Below, piece after piece: positions 37,981-46,806 of a stretch of DNA of 64,000 nt. The stretch covers positions 1,920,001 through 1,984,000 of the forward strand of contig OZ244561.1 in NCBI GenBank assembly GCA_965217585.1, given 5' to 3'. This stretch comes from Candidatus Latescibacterota bacterium (lineage in GTDB: Bacteria > Latescibacterota > UBA2968 > UBA8231). How positions within the stretch are numbered: position 1 is the first letter of the stretch; each line of letters opens with the position of its first letter. Under the pieces are notes generated by a model. It was given only the letters and a program-made list of their open reading frames with translations, had not been told where the DNA came from and searched no databases. A program made the position numbers and the translations under genes.

Positions 37981-39555
37981 ATGAACAAACGAAGACTACC
38001 CATCGGCATTCAGACCTTCCGCAAAATTCGGGAAGATGACTGCTACTACGTCGATAAAACCGCCTACATCCGGCGGCTACTCGACGAGGGTACGCACTAT
38101 TTCCTGTCGCGCCCGCGGCGCTTTGGCAAGAGTCTGTTCTTGGACACGTTGAAGGAGGTATTCGAGGGCAATGAGCCGCTGTTCAAGGGGCTTTACATCC
38201 ACGATCACTGGGATTGGTCGGTGAGCTATCCGGTCCTGCGGCTCAGCTTTGGCAGCGGCAACTTCAAGGTGCCTGGCTACGTGGAGACGAACCTGATGGC
38301 GCAATTGGACGCCGTCGAACGTCGAACCGGTGTGGCGTCGGACTACGCCACCGGACCGGAGCGATTTGCTCACCTGCTGGAGGCGCTGCACGACCAAGCC
38401 GAGCAGCCGGTCGCCGTGCTAATCGACGAATACGACAAGCCGATTCTCGATGCGCTGGAGGTGCCAGACATAGCCCGCGCCAACCGCGACTTTCTGCGCG
38501 GCCTCTACGCAGTCATCAAGGACTGCGACGCGCACGTCCGCTTCACATTCATCACCGGGGTAAGCAAGTTTTCCAAAGTGCGCCTGTTTTCGGGCCTCAA
38601 CAATCTCACCGACATCACTTTAGACCCACGCTACTCAGCTATCTGCGGCTATACGGAACGCGACTTGGACGCGGTGTTCGCGCCGGAACTCCCCGGCTTG
38701 GACCGGAACCAGATTCGCAACTGGTATAATGGCTACAGTTGGGCTTCGACGTTGAGCTCAGCCGAAACGCTCAGCGACGAGAAGGTGTACAATCCCTTCG
38801 ACATCCTGCTGCTGTTCGACAAGCGCACCTTCGGGGCCTACTGGTTTGAGACCGGCACGCCGACGTTTCTGGTCGAAACGCTGTTCAAGAGGCAGGTGAG
38901 TTCCCTCGAACTCGACGCTATGATCGGCAGCGACGAGTTGCTCTCGACCTTTGACGTGGATGACATAGCGACCGAGGCCCTGCTGTTCCAGACTGGCTAC
39001 CTGACCATCAAGAGTGCCGAAGATCTGGGGGGCAAGCGGCTCTATCAATTGGGCTATCCCAACCAAGAGGTGCTACAGAGTCTCAACGAGAGCCTGCTGC
39101 GCTACCTCGTGCAGGATTCGACTCAGCAGATGGCCAACAGCGTCCGGCTGTATCGGCTGTTGGAAGCCAACGACTTCGCCGGGCTGGAGACGCTGTTCCA
39201 CGCTTTCTTCGCCAGCATCCCCTACGAGTGGTACACCAACAACGACATCGCCCGTTACGAGGGCTACTACGCCAGCGTGTTCTACTCCTATTTCGCGGGG
39301 CTGGGGCTGGACATCGCGGTAGAGGACAGCAGCAGCCACGGCCGGCTGGACATGGCGGTTCTGTTTAACGGCAACGTCTATCTGTTTGAGTTCAAGGTGG
39401 TCGAGATGGCGTCTGCGGGTGCGGCGATGGCGCAGTTGCAGGAGCGGCGCTACGCGGACAAGTACCGCGCCTTGGGCCAGCCGATTTACCTGATTGGCGT
39501 GGAGTTCAGCAAGGACACCCGCAACCTAGTGGCGTTTGAGATGGAACGCGCCTGA
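37981..39555 (+). CDS. AAA-ATPase-like plus PD-(D/E)XK nuclease protein, copy 1
   Basis: LPIGIQTF, YYVDKT, RPRRFGKS (Walker A), LIDEYDKP, GRLDM..FEFK..A..QL..R.YA.KY. Confidence 0.92.
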   Translation: MNKRRLPIGIQTFRKIREDDCYYVDKTAYIRRLLDEGTHYFLSRPRRFGKSLFLDTLKEVFEGNEPLFKGLYIHDHWDWSVSYPVLRLSFGSGNFKVPGYVETNLMAQLDAVERRTGVASDYATGPERFAHLLEALHDQAEQPVAVLIDEYDKPILDALEVPDIARANRDFLRGLYAVIKDCDAHVRFTFITGVSKFSKVRLFSGLNNLTDITLDPRYSAICGYTERDLDAVFAPELPGLDRNQIRNWYNGYSWASTLSSAETLSDEKVYNPFDILLLFDKRTFGAYWFETGTPTFLVETLFKRQVSSLELDAMIGSDELLSTFDVDDIATEALLFQTGYLTIKSAEDLGGKRLYQLGYPNQEVLQSLNESLLRYLVQDSTQQMANSVRLYRLLEANDFAGLETLFHAFFASIPYEWYTNNDIARYEGYYASVFYSYFAGLGLDIAVEDSSSHGRLDMAVLFNGNVYLFEFKVVEMASAGAAMAQLQERRYADKYRALGQPIYLIGVEFSKDTRNLVAFEMERA

Positions 39556-39658
39556 CAGGGGTTCAGATGTCTAGTACGATTTATATTCGCGGCTGTCTCC
39601 CTCACTACTCGCCAAATATGAGATAGCATAGTACAATAGAAAATAAAAGGAGGCCATC

Positions 39659-39898
39659 ATGAGCACTTCTCCATTTGAATTTACCCCTGAGCAGAAGGCC
39701 GTACTAGAGCAGCTTTCTCAAAAAACCGGGGAAGATATATGCAGCCTGATTGCTCGTGCCTTGGAAAAGTTACAGGAAGAGGAACAGGACGAGACAGACT
39801 ACCTGCTCTCCTCACCCAATAATGCTGCCCATCTCCGCAAGGCATTAGAGGACTTCCAACAAGGCCAGCGCAATTTTGCTTCTCGCTATCACTATTAA
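39659..39898 (+). CDS. Orphan YefM-like antitoxin
   Basis: ETDYLLSSPNNAAHLRKAL resembles the YefM C-terminal toxin-binding motif; GGAGG RBS; no toxin follows. Confidence 0.6.
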   Translation: MSTSPFEFTPEQKAVLEQLSQKTGEDICSLIARALEKLQEEEQDETDYLLSSPNNAAHLRKALEDFQQGQRNFASRYHY

Positions 39899-39914
39899 AT
39901 CTGGGAAAACACCC

Positions 39915-40073
39915 GTGAAAGCTTGGCGTTTCTATGCCTTCGGCGACATGCGGCTCGACGACATTGAGCTGGCGGCCTGCCCACCCGATCACGTGCTAGT
40001 CGAACCGCTAGTAGTCCAACCCAGCGCGACCGAAGCCCAGCTCGCAGAAGCAGCGCAGACGCTGGGTGGCTAA
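39915..40073 (+). pseudogene. Chimeric fragment: 5' end of the 58748 dehydrogenase fused to the 3' end of the 36872 oxidoreductase
   Basis: 39904-40045 matches 58737-58878; 40046-40084 matches 37933-37971. Confidence 0.88.
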
Positions 40074-40103
40074 TCCCAGCAGAGACTGACAGGCGAGGTA
40101 GAT

Positions 40104-41054
40104 ATGCTGGACGAACTGCGCAAAATCCGCTACGCCCGCTTCCGCCTAGCAATGACCGCAGCTAGCCAATTGCGGTTGCCTCCCTACAAGGGATCCACCT
40201 TTAGGGGAGCCTTTGGCCATACCTTCAAACAGCTAGTCTGTGTTAAGCGGGATCTGGACTGTTCCACCTGTCTGATCAGCGACCGGTGCGTGTATTACTA
40301 TGTCTTCGAGACCCCGTCCAGTGGTGAGGGAGAGAAGGACAGCCGCGGATATACTTTTGCGCCGCATCCTTTTGTGATTGAACCACCCGAGGAAACGCGG
40401 GAAATCTACGAGCCGGGAGCCGAACTGCGGGTCGGACTGGTTTTGGTGGGGCGTGCCTTGGACTACCTACCCTACTTCATCTACGCCTTTGAGGAAATAG
40501 GGCAGCGAGGGTTAGGGGCCGGGCGCGGCAAAACCGCTTTGCAGCGAGTTATCGCCCTCGGTCCTGAGCCTAGCGACGATAGGTGCATCTATCAGACCGG
40601 TACCGGACAACTGGAGTCGGACTATCCGGTCGGCGTTGGTGCTCCTGACATCGCGGCCGTTGGAACGCGGCTGCGGCTGCGGCTGCACACGCCGCTGCGG
40701 CTCAAAAACGAGGGGCGCTATACTCGCCAGCTTGACTTTTCTCTATTGGTGCGATCCTTGTTGCGGCGCGCTTCGGATCTGGCCCGCTTTCACTGCGGGG
40801 CCGAACTGGACCTGGACTACCGGCAGTGGATTAAGCGGGCAGAGGGGGTATCGGCGGTGGCAGCGACACTGCGCTGGCACGACTGGGAGCGGTATTCGCA
40901 GCGGCAGGATCGGAGAATGAAGTTAGGTGGCTTGGTCGGCGAAGTGGAGTTCGCTGGCGAGTGGCAACCCTTCATGCCGCTGTTGCGGCTGGGCGCGGAT
41001 CTGCACGTGGGTAAGGGGACAGGTTTTGGGCTGGGACGCTACGAGATTTTGTAA
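40104..41054 (+). CDS. cas6: CRISPR pre-crRNA endoribonuclease Cas6
   Basis: LPPYKGSTFRGAFG, PHPFV, RYSQRQ...M.LGG..G, HVGKGTGFGLGRY Gly-rich loop. Confidence 0.93.
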   Translation: MLDELRKIRYARFRLAMTAASQLRLPPYKGSTFRGAFGHTFKQLVCVKRDLDCSTCLISDRCVYYYVFETPSSGEGEKDSRGYTFAPHPFVIEPPEETREIYEPGAELRVGLVLVGRALDYLPYFIYAFEEIGQRGLGAGRGKTALQRVIALGPEPSDDRCIYQTGTGQLESDYPVGVGAPDIAAVGTRLRLRLHTPLRLKNEGRYTRQLDFSLLVRSLLRRASDLARFHCGAELDLDYRQWIKRAEGVSAVAATLRWHDWERYSQRQDRRMKLGGLVGEVEFAGEWQPFMPLLRLGADLHVGKGTGFGLGRYEIL

Positions 41055-41071
41055 AGGAGCAGGATGAAGAC

Positions 41072-42775
41072 ATGCAACACAAAGAAGACATGCAACACAA
41101 ACTAATCGCTGTGATCGGCAACACACCGCAAGTTATGACAGAAACTTTCTGGGCATTGCGTGTCCAGCGCCATGCGCCCATCGACGAAGTGTTTGTGATG
41201 ACGACAACCATGGGCAAAGAAACCTGTCAGCAACGCCTCTTGGACGAAGGCCGGTTTGCAAAGATGTTGTCGGACTACGATATCGACCTCAATACGGTCG
41301 AGTTCGACGCCGATCATATCCTTGTATTTGAAGATGCCAAGGGCAATAATTTGGATGACATCCGAACCTCAGAAGAGAATCGTTTAGCCCGAGATCAAAT
41401 TTTCAACAAAATTGAAGAGTGGACAAGAGATCCTAACGTCGCTTTGCATTGTTCTCTAGCGGGCGGGCGAAAGTCAATGGGTTTTATACTGGGTGCGGCT
41501 ATTCACTTTTTCGGTCGGCCGCAAGACCGGCTCTATCACGTTTTGGTTTCCGTGCCTGAGATAGAACGAAGCGATGCGTCCTATTATTATCCACCAAAGA
41601 AGCCAGAACCTATTGTTGTCTTTAATCGCAGCACGGGCCGAGAGGAGCCTCTGGTTGTCAGGGGTCGGGAGGTCATGAGCGATGCTGTGAGCATTGAGTT
41701 GGCTGAGGTGCCATTTTGTCGACTGCGCGATGTGGTACAATTTGTGGCCCCCGGACAATATACCGAAGACACGCTGAGCCTGACACAGCAAGCTTTAAAT
41801 AATTACGCAAAGCAGATGCAGGAGCAGTATATGACGCAAATCGCGTCAGGCGCAGAAGATCGGTTTCCAGAAATTATTGGTCAGAGTAGCGGTATTTTGG
41901 GTGTTAAGGATAAGATCAAACTATACGCGCCTTATGATCGTTCGGTGTTGATTACAGGTCCTACCGGGTCTGGCAAAGAACTGGTTGCTGAGGCGCTGCA
42001 CAAAGCAAATGAGAGGTCGGAAGTATATATCTCCCAAAATTGCGCGACGCTGGGAGATTTGGCGGAGAGTCAATTGTTTGGTCATGAAAAGGGGGCATTT
42101 ACGGACGCTAAAGAGGAGCATCGAGGGCTCTTCGAACAAGCGGATGGAGGCACGCTATTTCTCGATGAAATCAATTCGCTTCGATCCGATGTGCAGGCGA
42201 TGCTTTTGCGGGTTCTGGAAGACGGGAAGATACGGCGAATGAAAAGCGAGAAAGATATATCAGTGAAGGTACGTGTTGTTGCCGCGACTAATGAAGACCT
42301 AGATGCAAAGGAGAGCACGTTTCGCCGCGATCTCAGAAGTCGTTTTTCTTTTGAGATTGCGTTGCCAGCGCTCAAGGACCAGCGGGAAGATATTCCATTG
42401 CTTGCCCATCACTTTTTGAAAGCTTTTTCAGACGAAGAGGGAAAGTCTTTTGCGGGTTTTACGGACGAAGCTATGTGTGCGCTGCAAGCCTATGATTGGC
42501 CCCGCAATATCCGACAGTTAAAGTCTGCTATCGAAAATGCAGCTATTCTGACGCCAGAGAATCAATTGATTGTACCCGATGTTTTATTTGATCAAGAGGG
42601 TTCTGATACATTTCATGGCACGTTTAAAGAGGGCATGACGCAGATTGCAAGAAAGAGAATTCAAGACGCGCTGGCACAAACGGGGGGCAATATTACACAA
42701 GCCGCAAAGATTCTTGGTGCTAATCGGTCAACGCTGAGCAAAATAATAAAAAAATATAGGTTGAAAGAGTCGTAA
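41072..42775 (+). CDS. Cas_NE0113-type CARF domain fused to sigma54-dependent AAA+ activator and Fis HTH
   Basis: N-terminus GNTPQVMTET, DDIRT..EN, LHCSLAGGRKSM, GRPQDRLYHVLV; GPTGSGKE, ESQLFGHEKGAFTDA, GGTLFLDEI, VVAATN, WPRNIRQL; GNITQAAKILG.NRSTL. Confidence 0.9.
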   Translation: MQHKEDMQHKLIAVIGNTPQVMTETFWALRVQRHAPIDEVFVMTTTMGKETCQQRLLDEGRFAKMLSDYDIDLNTVEFDADHILVFEDAKGNNLDDIRTSEENRLARDQIFNKIEEWTRDPNVALHCSLAGGRKSMGFILGAAIHFFGRPQDRLYHVLVSVPEIERSDASYYYPPKKPEPIVVFNRSTGREEPLVVRGREVMSDAVSIELAEVPFCRLRDVVQFVAPGQYTEDTLSLTQQALNNYAKQMQEQYMTQIASGAEDRFPEIIGQSSGILGVKDKIKLYAPYDRSVLITGPTGSGKELVAEALHKANERSEVYISQNCATLGDLAESQLFGHEKGAFTDAKEEHRGLFEQADGGTLFLDEINSLRSDVQAMLLRVLEDGKIRRMKSEKDISVKVRVVAATNEDLDAKESTFRRDLRSRFSFEIALPALKDQREDIPLLAHHFLKAFSDEEGKSFAGFTDEAMCALQAYDWPRNIRQLKSAIENAAILTPENQLIVPDVLFDQEGSDTFHGTFKEGMTQIARKRIQDALAQTGGNITQAAKILGANRSTLSKIIKKYRLKES

Positions 42776-42792
42776 ACGTCGTGTGGGGAGAG

Positions 42793-42965
42793 TGTGCAGA
42801 ATTGCACGCACGCCGTGCAATTCTGCACAGTGGTCTGATATGCTTTGGCGGCAACCGGATAATTCACTGATTTTTAACAACTTAAGAGAGCGCCGTTTGC
42901 CGAGTTAGGCCGAAAATCGCAAAAAGTGCCCGAACTATTGCCATAACAGCGTGCAGAATTGCACG
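42793..42965. promoter_or_regulatory. Putative enhancer (UAS) sites, GTGCAGAATTGCAC x3
   Basis: Copies at 42794-42807, 42815-42828 (inverted; 16-bp arms, 5-nt loop) and 42951-42964. Confidence 0.75.
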
Positions 42966-43053
42966 ACTGGACATGTTGTCGTCCATCTCCTGTTTTCAAA
43001 AAATATTACATAACCTATTGTTTTTATTTATTTTTTGAGAATAACAGAAGGTT

Positions 43054-43070
43054 TGGCACGCAGATTGCAT
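43054..43070 (+). promoter_or_regulatory. Sigma54 (-24/-12) promoter
   Basis: TGGCACG-CAGA-TTGCAT with consensus spacing; preceded by an AT-rich IHF-like tract (TAACCTATTGTTT near 43010); AGGAGG RBS follows. Confidence 0.9.
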
Positions 43071-43101
43071 ATAAAGAACCAAACCTTAAAGGAGGAACAG
43101 C

Positions 43102-43452
43102 ATGAACACTATAATCAATCAAGGGGATGAGCAATATTATTCTCAGGGCGGCTTCTGGAATAAGTTGCGCAACTTCGCGCGTACCGCGGGTCGGGAAGTC
43201 GTCGAGAATGCCCTGTCGCTCTACTACACCGCACAGGCCCCTGAAACACCGGCCTGGGCCAAGACGATTATCTATGGGGTACTGGGATACTTCATTCTGC
43301 CGGTCGATGCAATTCCCGACCTAATCCCAGTCGTCGGCTTCAGCGACGATTTGGCTGCGTTGGTCGCTGCACTCGCTACCGTGGGGATCCATGTGACGCC
43401 TGAGATTAAAAACCGCGCCAAGAAGAAAGCAGCCGAGTGGTTTGGAGATTAA
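43102..43452 (+). CDS. YkvA/DUF1232 family membrane protein
   Basis: FW.KL..FA..AG, TP.WAK..I.G.LGYFI.P.DAIPD.IP.VG.SDD. Confidence 0.88.
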   Translation: MNTIINQGDEQYYSQGGFWNKLRNFARTAGREVVENALSLYYTAQAPETPAWAKTIIYGVLGYFILPVDAIPDLIPVVGFSDDLAALVAALATVGIHVTPEIKNRAKKKAAEWFGD

Positions 43453-43525
43453 TGGATAATCACATCCGAGTCGAGCCGACGGCAAAGGCCGTCTCCGCCG
43501 CGATGTTAGAAGGGGAGTATCTATA

Positions 43526-44155
43526 ATGAACAGAGAATTATCAGAAGGCAAGATGGTGCCCGTATTGAATTGGGCTTATGATAAAGCGGTCAATGGTGTT
43601 GCCGGCTTAGATTCTGCCGGGGAGCTTGCAGAGAGCTATATGAGCAGGGGAGGCTCACGAGTCGATCAAGTCAATTCACTTATACGGTGGCAGAATACTA
43701 AGGCTGGAACCTCCGGCTTCGTGACTGGGTTCGGTGGCTTATTAACTATGCCGGTCACAGTCCCTGCTAGTATTTCGAGCGTACTGTACATCCAAGTGAG
43801 AATGATTGCTGCTATTGCGCATATAGGTAGTCATGACTTAACAGATGATCGTGTTAAAACACTTGTGTATGTCTGCTTAACGGGAAACGCGGCCAGAGAG
43901 GTTCTCAAAGACGTTGGGGTTGTTATTGGTACAAAGCTTACAACAAACGCAATTAAGCGTATTTCAGGGAGAACACTAGCTGCAATCAATCGAAAAGTAG
44001 GATTTCGGTTGTTTACTAAGTTTGGCGAAAAAGGTGCTATCAATTTAGGTAAAGCAGTCCCGTTTGTAGGTGCGGTAATAGGAGCTACTGTTGACTCTGT
44101 CTCCACAAATACTATCGGAAATGTTGCGAGGGACACGTTTGTCACCTTGAAATGA
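43526..44155 (+). CDS. EcsC family protein
   Basis: LIRWQ..KAGTSGFVTG.GG...PV, Q.RMIAAIA..G, INRKVGFRL.TKFG.KG.INLGK.VP.VG..IG. Confidence 0.8.
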   Translation: MNRELSEGKMVPVLNWAYDKAVNGVAGLDSAGELAESYMSRGGSRVDQVNSLIRWQNTKAGTSGFVTGFGGLLTMPVTVPASISSVLYIQVRMIAAIAHIGSHDLTDDRVKTLVYVCLTGNAAREVLKDVGVVIGTKLTTNAIKRISGRTLAAINRKVGFRLFTKFGEKGAINLGKAVPFVGAVIGATVDSVSTNTIGNVARDTFVTLK

Positions 44156-44176
44156 GCAATAGAAAAGGAGAATAAA

Positions 44177-46804
44177 ATGGAAACGGGCAAGATCAAAAAG
44201 TGGATCGAGGATAAAGGCTACGGGTTCATTGTGAATGATCTTGAAGAAGATGTCTTCTTTCACATCAGCGGCAGTCAAGCCTTAAAGGGCAAGGAAGAAT
44301 CTCTGGTCGAGGGAGCAGTCGTTGTTTTCGACAAACGGCCCTCCCCGAGACACGCAGGCCGGTACGAGGCAAAGAATGTCCGTTTACAAGACCACATAGT
44401 TTCTTCCACAGCGCAAGAAGCCGTAGAGTCCAGTCCGTCAAGCGCCGAAACACACGACCACTTTCACAATCCATATACCTTCGTCCCTTCTCCGCCGCGT
44501 CAGGATGCAATAAAAACTGGCGGATTTGCAGGCGATTTTGATCCGTTGGAATGTGGCCGGGGCCTCAGCCATGCATCTCTAAAGCCTGACCTGTGGACAG
44601 GGTACCTGCCCATCAAGCTGACCACCGTCACACCCTTGGTATTGCCCAAAACTGATGGCAAAGAACGTTCGTCAACTGAGCACCATACTTATGATGTACT
44701 CAACCATTTGCCGGAGTCGTCCGTGCGCGGCATGCTGCGCAGCACATACGAGGTAGTGACAAACTCGCGCTATAGTTGTTTTAGGAACGACGACCGACTG
44801 GCCTATCGCATGGAAACTAGGGAAGCTCTGAAGCTCATTCCAGCGGTTATCGAAAATGGCAAAGGGGCTGGGGAATTGGTGGCGCGTTTGTATACTGGAA
44901 CCAGCCATGCCACGGCTCAAAAGCCTAATGGACACGGAGAAAAAGGTGCAATGTATGCAGCAATGCTGACACGCTATCACAAGAATTCAAATCTGAATTC
45001 GGAGTGTGTAGGGGGGTATGATCCTCGGACTGGGGACGAAGTTTGGGCGGAGATCGAGCTTTGTCAGCACCGGCGAGGCTACCGGTTCTGGAAGGCAATC
45101 AGAGTTTGGCCAAAGAGCGGGCATCCCAAAGAACCATCGACTACAGGAAAAATCGTCGAAGGGCGCGTTTTGGTCACCAATCAAAACATGGGCAACAAAC
45201 ATGATGAGCGGATTTTCTTCAATCCCAAACCAGATACGTTTGAAGTGACCGACCATCTCAAAGAGTCTTGGCGCATGCGCATCAAAAGCTATAGGGAAGC
45301 ACACCCTGAGAACGATATTTTTAAGCGGCCACGAGGTGCGAAGCCCTGGGGGAAAATCGGCAATAACCCTGGAGAAACAGCATGGTCGCCGCATTTATAT
45401 CAGGATGGTAAACACCGGGACCGCTGGGGCAGAAACACACATGACGCAATGGAATTGCAAGCGGGAGATCTGGTGTATGCCCGCGGCAAATTCGATACAA
45501 AGGGGAATATCACGGATATTGAAGATCTTTTCCCAGTCATGATCTCCCGTGAGTTGTATGACAATAGCCCCAAAGACCTTCTCGATTCCTCACTAAACGA
45601 TTCCTTACTAAAGCCAGCGAGTAAGAGAAGTGAGTTGTCTCCCGCGGATCGTCTATTCGGGTGGGTACCTCAGAAATCCGGTAGCGACCAAGGCTACAGG
45701 GGTCGCATACGAGTCGTCTGTGAGGATGGCGCACGACCAGAAATCATCGAGGACTTTGCTGGTAAGTCCTTGCCCCTTGCTATCCTGGGACAACCGAAAC
45801 CCGCACAGGGCCGTTTTTATGTAGCCAAGGATGATCAAGGCAGGCCGCAAGAAGATGGCCTTGACAAGAAACAGGCAGGCTATAGTAAAGGCAAGGGCCT
45901 ACGAGGCCGTAAGCAGTACTGGCATCATAAAGGACTGGAAGCCGATAAGGCATCGGACTATTGGAAGCCGTCAGTTGAGGACCGAACACAGCAACAAAGT
46001 AATGGTCGGCACCAAGAATATCGCCGTCCTGATGGAGAGTCTCAAACCGATCCTCAAAATCGCAGCATTCGAGGGTGGATCAAGCCCAATACCGTTTTTA
46101 AGGTATCCCTGTATGTGCAAAATCTGCAAACTGAAGAGATTGGCGCATTGCTTTGGCTACTGTCGCTTCCCGAAGGCCATTATTTTCGGCTAGGCTACGG
46201 CAAGCCATTGGGTTTTGGGAGTGTGAGGATGGAAGTAGATGAGGAGCGATGCGTAAATGGGGGTCTGCCACTTGGCACCGGAGAAGAGTGGAAAAACTAC
46301 TATGCGGCTTTCGATGCATCCTCCCCGGCAACGCTGGATGAAGGGCAACGAAACAACTGTATTCAGAAATTTAAGGCCAGTATGGTGACCGCGTACAAGC
46401 CTCTTCCAGCTAATGACGAAGCCATCAATAGGAGTGAAGGCCAGGAAGCATCTGATAAGTCCCACCGAATTACGTCCTTTGCTGATCTCAAACATGTTCC
46501 TATCAAGACAATTCCGACCACTCCAGAAGATCGGAAGAAGTCCGAGGAACAGCGCTTTGACGAATTGCCTTTTATCAGTGGATTTCTGCAAGTCCTAAGC
46601 GGTCCGAAAAATGACGCACCCATTCACTATCCACGTCTGGAACGCAAACCGAACCCAGAGGGTGAGAATTTCAAATGGTTTGTCGATAATGAGAAAGGGC
46701 AAGGTAAGAAGGTCACGCTTCCAGCGGCTACGGACGAGAAGGGGTTACCTTATCAGCCATCAAGCGGTGCCGTTCACAGTTCACGCACAAAGAGGAGACG
46801 ATAA
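44177..46804 (+). CDS. Cold-shock domain fused to large Cas7-with-insertion RAMP (TIGR03986-like)
   Basis: METGKIKKW..DKGYGFI...VFFHIS (RNP1/RNP2); FHNPYTFVP, SSVRGMLRS.YE, SPADRLFGWV, LRGRKQYWH, LGYGKPLGFGSV. Confidence 0.88.
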   Translation: METGKIKKWIEDKGYGFIVNDLEEDVFFHISGSQALKGKEESLVEGAVVVFDKRPSPRHAGRYEAKNVRLQDHIVSSTAQEAVESSPSSAETHDHFHNPYTFVPSPPRQDAIKTGGFAGDFDPLECGRGLSHASLKPDLWTGYLPIKLTTVTPLVLPKTDGKERSSTEHHTYDVLNHLPESSVRGMLRSTYEVVTNSRYSCFRNDDRLAYRMETREALKLIPAVIENGKGAGELVARLYTGTSHATAQKPNGHGEKGAMYAAMLTRYHKNSNLNSECVGGYDPRTGDEVWAEIELCQHRRGYRFWKAIRVWPKSGHPKEPSTTGKIVEGRVLVTNQNMGNKHDERIFFNPKPDTFEVTDHLKESWRMRIKSYREAHPENDIFKRPRGAKPWGKIGNNPGETAWSPHLYQDGKHRDRWGRNTHDAMELQAGDLVYARGKFDTKGNITDIEDLFPVMISRELYDNSPKDLLDSSLNDSLLKPASKRSELSPADRLFGWVPQKSGSDQGYRGRIRVVCEDGARPEIIEDFAGKSLPLAILGQPKPAQGRFYVAKDDQGRPQEDGLDKKQAGYSKGKGLRGRKQYWHHKGLEADKASDYWKPSVEDRTQQQSNGRHQEYRRPDGESQTDPQNRSIRGWIKPNTVFKVSLYVQNLQTEEIGALLWLLSLPEGHYFRLGYGKPLGFGSVRMEVDEERCVNGGLPLGTGEEWKNYYAAFDASSPATLDEGQRNNCIQKFKASMVTAYKPLPANDEAINRSEGQEASDKSHRITSFADLKHVPIKTIPTTPEDRKKSEEQRFDELPFISGFLQVLSGPKNDAPIHYPRLERKPNPEGENFKWFVDNEKGQGKKVTLPAATDEKGLPYQPSSGAVHSSRTKRRR

Positions 46805-46806
46805 CC

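Noticed and set aside
41072-42775. Calling this gene rtcR
   Set aside because: No rtcA or rtcB in the window, and the N-domain motifs are NE0113-type in a cas context.
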